Source: a virus
Taxonomy: Duplodnaviria; Caudoviricetes
Virus record (IMG/VR): IMGVR_UViG_3300031994_000010
Coordinates: 32,001-96,000 of that record
Reading direction: 5' to 3' (one strand)
DNA length: 64,000 nt
A program made the translations under genes and the position numbers. Below the pieces are notes generated by a model. It made no database searches, was not told where the DNA came from, and saw nothing but the letters and a program-made list of their open reading frames with translations. Below, piece by piece: positions 13,301 through 27,940 of this stretch. Numbering within the stretch: the stretch's first letter is position 1; every line of letters begins with the position of its first letter.

Positions 13301-16142
13301 ACCAAATCCAGATGTAGATGACTAGGATACTCCTACTACAGATACTGGTTCTAGTACTACTGAAGATGAAGCTGATACCTTAAATAATAACAAGGTTATT
13401 ACAGTAGAAAATGGTGATGATACTTAGTATAATATGTTACTACATTCTATGCCTATTAGTGAAACAGGATTTGAGTAGGATAGTTCTGGATTAGTAGCAT
13501 CAGAATCTTCTAAAGATAGGATAGATAGTTTAAATGGTCTTATAAAACTTGGAAAATATAGGGAACCAGGTTTAATTGATTTATCTTTAGCTAGTGATGG
13601 AAAGCATCTAAATGATGAACATAATGCTTTGAAAATTTTAACATAGTTGACTCAATTATGTTTATATGAGAAAGATCCAGACAAAATTAAAGCTGGATTT
13701 TCCAAAATCTTGAATCTAAGAAGTGATGTAGATTTCGGTATTAATTTTGGATATATGTCTTGGGGAGAACGTTCCGATGATTTAAACTCCAAAGACCCAA
13801 AATATAAAAGATTCTTTAGGGGATTAAGAGAAAAGTTATATGGAGTATTTACTGGAACTAAATATAAGGATAAAGATATAGCCGCTCAGAGACATGGAAT
13901 TGTTGCAAACCTTTATATTAGAGAAAAACTAGCAAATGGAAAAACTAATAGAAGAATTGTAACTACATTGCCTTTATCTATATTTACTTCTCCTCTTACA
14001 ATGTTAGACACTAAAGGATTTGAGCGTTTTAAACTCTTATTTAACACTATGACCGGAGATTTAGGTCATAGAATGTAGAGTTTTAAAGACTTATTATCTG
14101 ACGAAACTGAATTTAATAATAGAATATCTAGATAGCCCGGAATTACTTAGGAAGAAATAAAGGTAGCTAAGGCTAATAGAGTAAAATTATTAAAACATTT
14201 CATACTTTATACATCTTGGCAAGATTAGATAGCTCTTTTCCCAGATGATTTTGTATTTGCACAATAGTTTTAGCCTTTAGGACCAAATATTACTACTAAA
14301 GATAAAGGTAACGAATATGAATAGCCTAGTGAAATGTTTGTTTGGAAAGGTGAATATATGAGTCTTAAAGACGTCGATCAAAGTATTCATCATATTTCTA
14401 AACACGTTTATTATACTACTGAGGATGTAGTTATTAATGGTAGAACGATAATTAAAGCAGGTCATGGGTTTGTTCTTTGTTCAGATGTTGAAGAAGCTGG
14501 TAATGAACGAGAATTATTAGAAAAATTTGTTGAAGAAGAATTAAAAGATGAGCCTGATGGTAAAATATCTTTACTTTATACTAGTTCTCCAGGAGTAAGT
14601 ATCGATGAATATTTATATAATTTCGCTTAGAGATATCTAAAAGGACAAGTAAACAAGGATTTTGGTAACTATTTAACTGATATTAAATTAGCTTCTGCTA
14701 TAACAAAAGATGACTCTGAATTTTCTAAACTTATGGAAACGAGTCTTAAAGTAGACCTTCCAGATGGAAAAACTATTGATGATTTGGATCCAAAAGACGA
14801 AGTTCGTTTAAAAATAGAAAGATGGAGTACTTTTAAAGCCGTAATGCGTAAAGTTGAAGCAGACTTAGAAGGTAAACCTTTTGAAGAACAAAAGAAACTT
14901 TTAAGTAGTAAAATGTCTGATGAATATTTAAGTATTCTTGACCCAGCTTTGAGAGGAAGATATAAGGATCCTAAACTTACTCTTAAATCCTTCATACAAC
15001 ATCAAATACTTTCTTATGCTTTAAAACCAAGAGTTTTTAGTAAACTACAAGATATAGTTGGTGAAGGACGTTTAATTGTTACTGAGGAGCTAAAGCCTAG
15101 ATTAGAAGCAATTACAAAAGATACTGCTGATATATTTAAAAATGGCATCTATGTTAATTTAACTGGTTTAGGTAGCGATAATAGTATTAATGTCTCTAAA
15201 AATGTAGCTGTTACCTTTGTTCCTGTTAGACATAATGATAAATATGAAATTGAAATAAATAGAGTATGGAAGCCAATTAGAATAAATGGTAAAATAGATA
15301 CTACAATGCACTATGGAGATGTTTCTAGTTTAATGGATTATATATTAGATGGGATTAATAAATTCGATGGATTAAATAAAAAACGTTATTTCGGTGATTG
15401 GGTAGAATCTTCTAAAACAGGAGAAAATGAAAGTACTTAGTTATTTGAAAATTCAAAAAATAAGTTTGATAACAATTCTTAGGATATATTAAGGGATTTA
15501 TGTAAAAATTATACTAAAGATCTTAAAGACGTTCTAAGCTCTAATGATGTTCAGACTCTGTGTAGTTTCTTAGCTAAACATAACTTTTATGTTAGTATTA
15601 ATACTGATAAAAAGATACATCTTAGAAAAGAAAATTCTGGAAGTTTTATCTAGGAATTTGTAACTGGTAAAGACAATAAAGGCGGAGTATTAGTATTTAA
15701 GAATAATAATGTATATTTGAGTACTCCTTCAGCATTAGTTGAACTATCCAAAGAAGATGCCTAGAATTATATTGATTCTGTAAAAAATTAGCAAATCAAG
15801 GATGTTTTATAGGAAATAATTAACGCTAAAGAGCCTGGCAATGAAGGAGGTGGTTCTACTGATGGGACTTTTGATGTTAACTCTAATACATTAGGGGATC
15901 AAGAATAGGTAGATGCTTTTATTGCTTATCTTAAAAGTTTAATTTTAAGTAATGGAAAGTCTGTATATTAGACATTAATGGATGATTATAACTGGATTGA
16001 AGTAGATTTTACTTTTGAAAATATTAAAAATAACGTAAAAGATGGCCTTAGTATAAACTTGGATGAGATTGCGTCAAAAGATAATTCCCTCAATGAAGAA
16101 TTTGACGACTTAAAGGACTGGGCACATAATAAATTATGTTAA
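7344..16142 (+). CDS. Giant RNAP-associated virion protein with SF1 helicase domain, 2932 aa with TAG=Gln
   Basis: Track ORFs 8541, 11076, 11715, 12600, 13647, 14334 and 14733 share one frame. Motifs: GIPGAGKS (12114), LIIMDE (12447), GDYDQL (12543), SQGDE (12981), YTGVTR (13077). Ends ...NKLC TAA. Confidence 0.85.
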
Positions 16143-16154
16143 ATATAAAATAAT

Positions 16155-19100
16155 ATGCAATATTGTAATATATCTTATAATTTACTTTCAGGGGTTTTTA
16201 CTTAGTGTAAAACTCCTGAAGGTAATTTTAACTTAGAACAATTTAAAGAGAAGATAAAAGACTTAAATAGTAATATAGATGATACTAACGGAATTTCTGA
16301 AGACAAATTTATACAAGTATATAAAGAAGTATTAGCTAGTAGAAATTTTAGGAATTTTATTCTTCCTCTTTTGACTCGAGATTAGAAAGAAACTTTAAAC
16401 AACTTAGAAAATATTAAAGCTTGGGCACATCCTAAAACTGAAGTAAGTGATCCAGTAAGTAATTTGGAATAGCCATCACTAGCTTCTGAAACTTCTTTAA
16501 CTAAAGTTTCTACTAAATGGTTAAACGCTGCTTGGGGATATAATACTCAAGCATTGGATGCTTTTTTAAGACAAACAAGGAGTGATTTCAACGACATTAT
16601 TTCTAAAAAAGGAGTAGATATAACAAATTAGACATCTTTAAATCTAGCTATACAAAACTTTTATAGAGAAAAATTATATTCTATAGCCAATTATTTATCC
16701 TGGGCAAGTAAAGATTTAAAAAAACCTGAATTAGAGGAAGATGCAGCTAGACTAAGATAGTTAACAGAAGGTTTATGGGGTTCCACATAGTAGACTAATT
16801 GGGTAAAAATAAAGGGAATATTAGATACACATTTTTCTACAATAAATGAAAATTTATTTAGGTATTATACTGGTAAGTATGTATCATCTAGAGAAATTCG
16901 ATTATAGAAGTAGATGAGGGCCTATGGTGACTATTTAATGATTTAGCCTACTAATTTTGACTCTTTGATTCGTACTTAGTTAAAAGGAATTAGAATAAAT
17001 CATAGTCCTGGCAAACTTACTTAGTTTGTAAACAAATACATATACGAAAAAACTAGTAGTATAAACACTTGGCAAGAAGAAGATTCTTATTCTATAGCCA
17101 GAGGGGTATCAGATTTATGCTAGGTTTCTGTTATGTCCTGGAAAATGTGGAGAAAACAAGGTAATACTTGGGTAGAGTCATCATTTGAGCATCCTGCAAA
17201 TATTGCATAGGTCTTTACTACTATGAGTAAAATTTATAAATTAGGAAGCTCTCCAAAGGCCAAAAATATTATAATAGACTCTTCATATTTAGGATATTTT
17301 AGGGATTGTGGATTTGACTTTGGTGAAAGTCTTGAAACTCAGAAAATAGATGGAACTGAATTTGTTATTCCAAGGTTAACCAATCTATTTAATAAATATT
17401 TTCAAGGAAAATCTTTAGCTGAAATTGTTTCTTCTATATAGTAGGATCCACTTAGGTTAACTCCAATGATTATGGCTTTATTAGCTCATCCAAAGTTAGG
17501 ATTTGAAACAACTTTTAAAAAGGATTATAAGGCCCCAAATGAATATGGATTTGATTCTAATGACCGAGCAATGGTTTATACCATATGGAAAAACATGTTT
17601 GATCCTAAAGAAAACTCCGTAAATAATCCTGTATTATACACATTTTTAATGTAGTCATTCCTTACACATGATATGAAATCTATGTATGGAATTAAATTTA
17701 AGGATGGAGAACCTAAAAAAGCTTATTATTCTTAGGGAAAAACTGAAAAGAGTCTTAATAATTTATAGTTAAGAATAAACGGATTATATCCTCCAACTTT
17801 AGAAAAGAAGTTTAAATATGCCGAAATAACTACAGACTTAGAACATAATTTAGTTACTATTAAAAGTGGGGATTTTTCTATCCAAATTAAAAATGGAAAA
17901 GTCTCAGTATTTCATAATCGTCAAGAAATAAAAAATAATGATAATGCTTCTTAGGTAAACTTACAAGAAGCATTAGATACATTAACTCCATTTTTCCAAG
18001 AAGCTTTGGCCTTAGACTTTAGTACTAATGTTGAACTTCCATTAATGGAAGCATATCTTGGAATATTAAATGGTTCTAAATATACTGCATTATCAAACTT
18101 AGCTAATATTACAGGTCAATTGATATATGCTTATGAGGTATCTAAACAATATATAGATGAAGATAATTCTTCTGATTTCCTGTCTAAAGTAAGAGAACAC
18201 TATGATAAAAAAGACAAAATAAATCTAGTTAATGGAATAACTGACTACTAGATAGATGTTTTTAAAAATATATTTGCATAGGTATATTTATTATCATTAG
18301 CTAATGATGCTCATAATAAAGTAGTAGGAGAAGCTATGGTTAAAGATGGTTTTGGTAATCCAATTAGTTCAGAAGTATTAACATCTTTAACTACTAAATA
18401 TCCACAATTTGTAGGAGAAAAATGTAGTGGTGATTCTATTATAAAGGATTTTTCTCTTCATAAAATCTTAAAAGAAATTTCTTTCTATAGAGATTATGTA
18501 GATGCTTCAGGTAATATAAAAGCTGCAACAGGAATGTCTGTAGAAGAATTGTTTTTATCTAACTTTCTTTATGGATTTTATTCTCCGAGTAATACATAGG
18601 AAGTAATGCTTGGAGTATTCTCTGATAAACCTAATTTAGGAAGAATTGAATTATACAAGGATCAAACTGTCGAAGTTAATGGTCAAAGTAAAAACTTAAG
18701 TTCCCTTACTATAGCAGAAATAAAAACACTGGCAACTAAAGAACTTGGAGAGTTTTATCTCAAAATGTACAATAATATGTAGAAATAGTTGAACATATTA
18801 AATAAATATTTGCCTGCAAATATACAATTTAATATGGATACAGACTATTCTGAAGTTAATGCTGCTGGATATACAAAATCTTAGCTGTTAGACTACATCC
18901 ATTAGGCTATTGTGGCTGCATAGAATAATGGAGAAGATATTCAAATCAATGATTTACTGTATTTTTATTGGGACAAGGATTAGGTACATGTACGTCCTAC
19001 TATAATTGCAGAATTATATAGAGCTGGATATATTTAGAACACAGAATTTTGGAATAGTAAATTAATAGGTTTAGAAACTGATTAGGACTTTTGGTTCAGA

Positions 19101-22100
19101 AAAGAAACAGAATTTGTAACAAGTTTGTTATAGGATTTACCTAGAGGAATTTCTTTAGTAGATTCAAATGGTGAACCTATGAATTCTGAATCTATGAGGT
19201 TATTATTAGAGAATAATCCAAGAATTGCATATAAAGATGGTAAACCCGATTTTAAAACTGGTTGGGCAACTAATAGAGCACTTATCTTAGGAAAATTTTT
19301 ATATGGGGATGAAGTACATATATTAACAACTAAGGAAGATTTAAAATCTTGGCCTGTATATAGAAATACTTTAGAATATATTAGAGATTTAGGATTAGAT
19401 ACTTCTGAATTTGATATTAATGATAGATTTAATTTAAAAAAATTCCTAAGCTTTGTAGCTGCTAATTATTAGTAGGCTGCAGAACATCATAAATATACAA
19501 GAGCTAAATCTTTAGCAACGAAGTTTTTAACTGAGTATTATAAAAACCATATTAAAACTTTAACTAAAAATCAAAAACAAGAAGTTGCTGATAATTATAG
19601 AAAATTTATCTTAGAAGGAATAGAATTAGGATATTACGATAGATAGTTAGAAGCAGAGGGATATACAAAAGACGATTTTGAGGGATTTGTTTAGGATAAA
19701 ATAACTAAGAGAATGGAAGCCTATGAAGAAGAGCCTGCTAAGATGATTAGTGCATATGCACATGCTGTTGCAGAGTCAACTCCGATGGAATCTATTCAAG
19801 ATATTAAAAAAGCTATTCAAAACAAACGTCCTTAGAATAAAAATAGTTTAGAAAATACCCTATTGACGAATCTTAAAGAAGAACTAGACAAAAAGGATAG
19901 TATTTTAACAGACTTAAAGTTTGAAGTAAATCCTGAGTTAGCTAAATATAATACTTTAGGTTATATGGCATCTGAAGAAGGATTAAATAGCCTTGTTGGA
20001 TCTCATGTTAATCATGAAGTTAAAGGTCCTTATAATCCTAATGTTGTAGAACTAAATTCAGCTGAAGTGTCTGCCTAGTCTAAACGTAATGTATCGTTAT
20101 CTTCTGCAAAAAACTAGTATTTAAGAACCGACCCACGAGGAGTTGGAAAAACCTGTAACTTAGCTATTATAGAAGATACTTATGGACATATATCAACTAT
20201 TAATGGTATTGAAGATAAAAAAGGTACAAAACCTCAGGATGGTGCAACATATGGAAACTACATATATAGAAAACAAGAATTATTTTCATTAGGCTCGCAA
20301 AGAGCTGGAATAGATAACTCAAAGCCTATTGGAAATGATCTTAATCCAGACACAGGAACTGGTACTATAGTAAAAACTGCCGTATTTGTTCTTACTAATC
20401 AACGAATCAGAACTTCTAAAAGGAATATAGATTTACATAGAAAAATGAACCATATTCCTTGGAAACATACTAAAGGATTTAACGGAGATTATCTACATGA
20501 TTATAACGGTAATGAGATTAACTATAATAAAGTCTTTATTTATAAACCTTCTACTGGAAAATACTATCACCGAACTAATTTTAGAATATTGACCGATGGA
20601 AAAACTTAGTTTGATGAATATGAAGTACCAAGCAACTTTTCAGAATTAATGAAAGCTGGTGCTAGTATGAATAACATTTTAACTAACAAGATAGAAAGAA
20701 CTACATCTAGACCTGTAAACACCAATTATGAGTTATGGGATTTATTTGGTGGTGCTTATTCTGCACATATTAATCCAGATACTCTTGAATTGGAATACGC
20801 AAATGATAATACTTCATTAGAAAATGTATATATAGCTAGTTATAATGTTGGAACAGTTCTTGGAAGTGGTTAGGTAATTACAGATGAAGATGTATATTTA
20901 CCAATTAGAGATTCTAAAATAGATTGGGTGGTTACCTAGGGTGCTATTAAACATGGTGCTACTAATGTTAACTATGGTGGTAGTAGAGCTATAGAAGATC
21001 CAAATTATAAATTAACTACTCAAAAAATGAGTACCGCTGATGTAGGTATGTAGCTTAATCCAGAACATATTGCAGATAAATCTACTTTAACTTTGATGAC
21101 TCAGGTTATAAATGCTCTTGGTTTAAGAGGTTATAGTAATATAGAAGCACATAAATGTTATAAAGCTCTGGAATCTTTAACTAATATATGTTTAAAAGAA
21201 GTTTTTGAAGGAATTGGTATTGATGTTGAAACTGGAAATTCTTAGGAATTTAAAGATGCTGTAGCTACAATAGTATTAAAATCTTTAGCTAATACTAGTC
21301 CAACTGGCGGGGATTTATTATCTGCAATAGTAGCATAGCTGGATATGAGCGGAAATGTGGAGCATGCTTATGATGTTATACGTTCTAAGTTACCAGTTAG
21401 TGATCCAGCTATAATGCATAAATTCATAAGCAATATTAATGCTACTATGACTAAAGCTGGAATTAGAATTCCTATGCAAGGTATTATGGATGTACTTGTT
21501 CCTTCAGATGGAATTTACAAAATACATGGAGGGAAAATTAGAAATATAGCTAATACTTCTAAATATCCTGGATAGGATTCCTTAATAACTTTAAACAAGG
21601 ATGAATTATCAGAAAAAGAATTTGAGTTATAGCAATTAAAAGTCCTTCAAGAGGAAGCAGATACACATCCTTTATAGTTACATGAAATAACTATAGGAGC
21701 TTCTTATTATATATAGATAACTAGTCCAGATGGAGAAGTGACTAAATCTTCTATATCAACTAAAATAGATGATAAATTTAGTTACTATAGGTTACGCGAT
21801 AAATTAAAAGACTATGTAGATGCTGGATTTAAATGTAATTTAATAGAAGATGTAATAAAAGGTAGAGAACTTTCGTCTTATGATGCACAATGGCGAGATA
21901 CTAAAGGGTTTAATTATAAACTTTGGGACTTAGAATCTACTTATTACTTAACTAATTTATTAAATGGTTAGGCATCTCAATATTATAATTAGGTATTACA
22001 AAATCCAAATATTTTATCAGAAGTTTTTCATGTAAACCCAACAGCTATAAATTTAGATTCTGAAAAAGAGTTTGTTAACAGTTTACAAAAAGCTTTAAGA

Positions 22101-25100
22101 GCTAATTTATAGAAGGATTTAAATAGTATAGGTAGTGGTAATAGTACTGGTGTAAGAGTTCTTAGAAATATTAATGACTCTTCTTCTGAAAAAGAATTCA
22201 TTACTATTTAGGTAGCAAAAAATAGTACAAAGGTAAAACCTTATGAATTAATTGCTTCTAAAACATATGCTACCACTTTTGGTTTACGAGTTGGTGATGA
22301 CATTTCAGAAATAGTAAATGATTCTAATTTCTTCTTAAAGAGATTACTAGAAAATAAGAAAGAAAATGTAGCTCCTACAGATTATGATTTAGCCTTACGG
22401 TCAGTTTCGGGCAAAAACTATTATATTAGATACAAATGTTAGTATTCTAATACTAATGGCTTAAGTAACTCTCCACTTAGACTAGACACAGAATGGGATG
22501 GAAATACATTGTATAGATTAGATTCAGATTCTGGAAAACGACTATATAAGATTCCATATCATTATGATGATAATCATAGAGTAGTTATGGATATTTAGGT
22601 ATATACTGATGTAAATGGTCATGAAATTATATACACTAATAGATTATCTGAGATACTGGATTTATTTTCTTATTCTTATATAGATTTTGGTTCTCCTACT
22701 GTAAATGATAAAAATGAATAGAAATTTTTAGAAATTTTAAAAGTTTTAGAAACAGTTGATAAGAATTCTGTTAAAAACTTAGTAGAAGCAATTAAAACTA
22801 GTTCTTAGGAATCTAATCTTCCAGCAGTTAATATAATAAAAGAACTTACTACTGCTAAAGAAAATGAATTAGCTAAGTTAAATGCAGCTATTTAGAATAA
22901 AGAAAAAATATCGTTCTTAGAATATTCTCCAGTTACTAGACAATTAATAGCTTCGGGAAATGAATTACATACTTCCTTCTTAGAATCTTGTCATTATCTA
23001 GTATCCAGAACCCCAGCATAGTCTCACCAATCCTTTATGCCTATGGTATTAATAGGTTTTGATGAATCTGGAGTAAACTCTGCTTATGTAAGTAGATATT
23101 AGTTATATTTATAGGGTTCTGACTTTGACGTAGATAAGGCTTCTTTATTAGGATATGTTTTTAATTCTGGTAAATTTGTTACTTGGAGTCCATTTATGAG
23201 CCTAGCTTATTAGGAAATATTTGATGCTTCTAAAGATTTACCTTTCCCTACAGGTAATAAAGTATAGGTTGGAGAAATAACTAGTGATATATATGATTCT
23301 ATAGATAAACCTATTAACATTAATGTATGGGAAGATGATTATGTCGAATTTGAAATCTCTGGACAAATAATTTCTATATAGAATTTGGGTGATAATAAAT
23401 ATTTAATAAATTCGCCTAACTATAATAAGTTGAATAAACTTGATAAATTCTTAATTAAAAAGGCTATATGGGATAAATTACCAGAAGGAGCAAATATTTA
23501 GACAACTATATCTGATTTCTAGATAGGATTTACTAAAAATTCTGAAACTGAGTTAGGTTTTACTTATACTAAGTAGGGAACTTATGATAATTTAAGTTCA
23601 TTTAATGAGTTTATAGATGCATATGCTGACCTATATACTAAAGAAGGCAGATTAAAGAAATCTCCAAATAATATTAGGCGATTAGCTCAACTATTTGACA
23701 TTCTTAATAATTTTGGAGTTATTCCACCTGCTGAAGATAATTCTTTATTAAGTTTTATTTAGAGAGATTTTGATGCACATAATACTTATTTTGAAAAGCA
23801 TTCTGATGCAAAAGATGCTGCAATAAACTATGTTAGTTCTGCTGCATTTAAAGTATCAGCTGACCCTGTAAATAATATTTAGGCATCTACTTCTGTGGAC
23901 TTCTAGACTGGAATAGTTAAAACTCTAGCAAATCAATCTAAGTTAGCAGAATAGTCTAGACATTTTGATACTGGAAATGAAATGTCTAAATTTAGGCTTA
24001 ATAAATTAACATTATCTGGTAAATCAGATACAGGTATTGAAGCTTCTGCACTTAAAGTATATGAAGCTGAATATTAGTATACTTGTCATGTTTTAAATTT
24101 TGGAACAACTTAGGAATAGCATGAGTTACTTTCCGATGCTAGACTGTTAGGAAAGTCTATGCCTTTAGTAGCAAATGCTTTTGCAAAGAATATAACAAAT
24201 ATTAAGGATAAAGATATTTATGATATACTTTAGGAAGTAGATTAGTCAGAAGATGCTGTTATTTGGTTAAGTGCATTTTTAAGTTTATCTACTGATAATG
24301 CAAAAGACCCCACTTTAACTAAGATTAATGCTGACCCAGAAATGATTGGCTTATATAATGCTGGATTTATTCTTGGATTACCTATTGAAACTCTAATTCG
24401 TACTATTAATTCTGATACTGGGCGTATTTTGGCTGAAGTCTAGAAAGGTAATATCTTAACTAACTTAGATGGCCAAAGTATGGTTACTGGTGCTCTTAAT
24501 TATCTACGAAGAGGACCTAACCTTTCCTATATATCTAGCATTACGTCTATTACTGATACTATTGATACTGCATTACAAAACGCAGGATTAAAGTCTGATA
24601 ATGAAAAAATAAATGGGCATAACTTAATATCTTATTTGTTAGGAGGACAACGAGATTTACCTGCTATTTATACAGCCAAAAATGTTATAAGTGCTTTAAG
24701 ACAAACAATCTACGGAGATTCTGAAGTTGATGTAATTAATATTAATTAGGCAATTAGAAATAGACTAAATAGTTAGAAACGTTCATTAAATAGACTGGAC
24801 AGATAGATAATAGGATTAGAGAAGGTTATTGAGGAGTTAAAAGCCAATAAGAAATCTACAAAACGTCTTGAAAATAAAATAACTAAGTTATCTGAGGATA
24901 AAGCTAAGTTATAGAATAGTATAGATTAGTTAGTAGATATAACTGAAAATTTAAGACTAACAGGTGATGTTGGAACTGGCTCTGGGGATGAATATGAATA
25001 TGCTAAAAAGTTATAGAAAGATATTGCAAAAGCAGAGCAGGCACATTCTAGAATAACTGGAACTACTGTTAAAGGAATTATTGATAACATGCATTCCTTT

Positions 25101-26882
25101 AATAGATTATTATCAGATTTAGAAATATATTTAAATTATTTAGAAACTATTGCCAATGAGCCTGGGATTGTTGGAGAAAATGGAAGAGAGTATAACCTTT
25201 TGGATGTTATAACATAGTTAAACTATAAAGCTCAAGAAATGTCTCTATTAAGACCTTTACTTGGATTAAACTAGCAACTTCCAAATTCTTAGGAAGACTT
25301 CTTAGCTTTTGTTAATAATTTTGGTGAAATCATTAATAGTAGAAAAAAATTACTTGGAGATTTTAGTGCTACTGAATTAGATAATTTTGAGTCTTTAAAT
25401 GAAAGTTTGGGTATTTCAGGATTAACTGTAGACTTACATTAGTTTATATGGAACCCAGAATATTAGAAAGCAGCAATTGCAGCATATGGAAGTATAAAAT
25501 ATCAAGTAAACGTCTTAGATTGTATTACTAAAGTTCCTCATTATTTTGGATATTTAAGAACAGCTGAAGCTGCTTATAGAATTAATAAAGCTTTAAGTAT
25601 CCAGTTTAGAGATCAAGATATTATTCTACAAAAAATAATAAGAGGAGATCTTAAGGTTTATAAAAAAGCCGATGTAGCTAAGAGATTAAAATTAGCTTCT
25701 GCTTATTTAGCTAGAAGATTAAACAACGGATTTTTACAAAGATAGAATTTAACAATATCTATAGGAGAAAAGAACATAACTTTGGGTACTCCTGAAGGTA
25801 ATGATGCTTTTATACAATGGATGGAAAATGAAGTAATCCCTTAGTTAAAAGATACTTTTAGAAATAATGAATTCTTAAAAACAATAACTCGGGCTGCTTA
25901 TCATAAAGCAGATAGTAGAAATACTATATATCCATATACAACTTTAGTAGATAGTATGTCTCAAAGTGAATCCGAAAAGAGTTAGTATTACGCTGTTTAG
26001 TAGGGATTAACTGAACTCACTACTTTTAAAAATTCAAAATTTGGAAACATACCATATGTAGATTTATTCTTCTATTATGATTTAATTTGTTATAATAGAC
26101 AACCTGGAAGGTCCAGTTTAACTCCTCTATTTAATAGTTTAGTTGCATCTAGAAGAAGTTCTACTGTAAACAAATATATAGAATACGTTTCTACTTTAGA
26201 CTAGAGTAAACTAAGCTTGTTAGGAGAATTAGATGAGTCTTTAATAGATGAAATTGAAAGATACATAGCTCCAAATGTTTCTATATATGAACTTAATAAA
26301 TCTAAAGAAAAATATTAGTTTGTAAAAGACCCAGCTACTAAAAAGAATTATTTAGTTAGAACATTGGAAAAGTAGAGAAAATCTTCTGGTGTTCCTGATG
26401 AAGCATTAGATTCATTGTATGATGATTTAGAAGCTGATTAGTATTTTAGTTTAGATGATTTATCCGAATTTTCAGTAGAATATTCCGAATATACTAGAAT
26501 GCTTTCTCTTAGGGAAAAAATTAATAATGAATTAAGAGAACAATTTGCTTTAATAGATACTGCCTTAAGTAGATTTAATCCATATTTGATAACTGATAAT
26601 TCTATCTTAGGATTTGGAGAAATGGGCTTAGATATCTAGGTAAATTCTAATAGTGTTAGTATTCAAGGTACAACTGTTACTTTAGATGAAAATGGAAAAT
26701 TAACTAATACTTCAGAATTGTTTGAAAAACTCCAAACTTTAGCTAAACTAAACGGTCATCAAATTAATAGTATAAATGATATAATAGTTTCAAAAGTAGA
26801 TGTAACTAATAAGACCAAAGTTATAGATGTAGAAGAGACAACTAATAATATAAATAATTGTATGCAAAAATGTGAGATATGA
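16155..26882 (+). CDS. Virion DNA-dependent RNA polymerase (crAss-type two-barrel), 3575 aa with TAG=Gln
   Basis: Ten track ORFs lie in one frame. Catalytic GSDFDVDK at 23115-23138, preceded by RTPAQ (23007); TDNAKDP at ~24290. Ends TGA 26880-26882. Confidence 0.9.
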
Positions 26883-27940
26883 TAGCTTGTGATATAAATA
26901 AACGTTCATTCAAATACCAGACATTGAAAAAAATGTCTGGTATTTCTGAATTTAATCTAGATAATACTATTACTTTATTTTAGAATAAATTTGGAAGAGA
27001 CCCAGAACTTGATGAATTACCAAGAGTAAATTCCGAACCTTATCTACGTGAAAAGCTTCCTATTAAGAACTATTCTTAGATGGAAGGAGTAAAAAATGAT
27101 GCTGTATTAGAATATACAAGTAGTGATACTATAGAATAGGCCAATATTACCTTAAATAACCAGTATAAAGATTTAGAAATAGAACTAACTCCATATTAGA
27201 CTTTTAGTGTAATAAATATTAAACATAGACCAACTACTACTTAGGATATAGTTGATCCAATCGACGTAGAAACTGATTTTTCTATAGAAAAAAGTAAAAT
27301 AGTTTTAACGAATCAGTTAAATAAATTACAAAAGTTATATGGTATAGATATAGTAGCTACTGATAGTGAAAAATTAAAAGAATTAGGTATACCTAATACT
27401 GATTTGGTTAAAGGAGTAATTCATAATGGAACTATTTATATTAATACTGATAATTCTACCATAGACACTCCAATTCATGAGTTAATGCATATATTTTTTG
27501 GAAGTATTAGATATACTAATCCTAACTTATTTTTTAGTCTAGTAAATTCCGTAGAACAATTACCAAGATATAATGAATTTGCATTATAGTTTCAGGGAAG
27601 AACTAGAGGGGATGTTAATGAAGAAATATTTGTTTAGGAATTTGCTAAATTTTTAACTGGCGCTCCAAGTTTATTTGATAAAGTTTCTGGGATTGACAAA
27701 ATTCTTTATGAAGTACTAAGAAATATTGATTCTTTAATTTCTGGAAATTATAGTGTTAAATCTATATAGAGTGGAATCTTTGATAAATCTGTACTTGAAT
27801 TATCTAAAATATTAGAATCACCAATAGTAAATAATTGTCAATATGGGTCTTTAACTCTAGATACTTTACATAGAGTATTAGCTAATTATAAAGAAGATTT
27901 AATTTCAAAGGGTAAACTAAAAGAAGAATGTTATGGCTAA
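26879..27940 (+). CDS. Zincin-like metallopeptidase domain protein, 353 aa with TAG=Gln
   Basis: ATGA overlap with the RNAP stop. GTIYIN...TPIHELMH (HExxH at 27476-27490) with downstream EEIF. Ends TAA 27938-27940. Confidence 0.85.

Noticed and set aside
16120-16170. Split intein explanation for the terminal cysteines (HN in ...WAHNKLC)
   Set aside because: HN is followed by Lys rather than C/S/T, and no intein blocks are recognisable at any junction.
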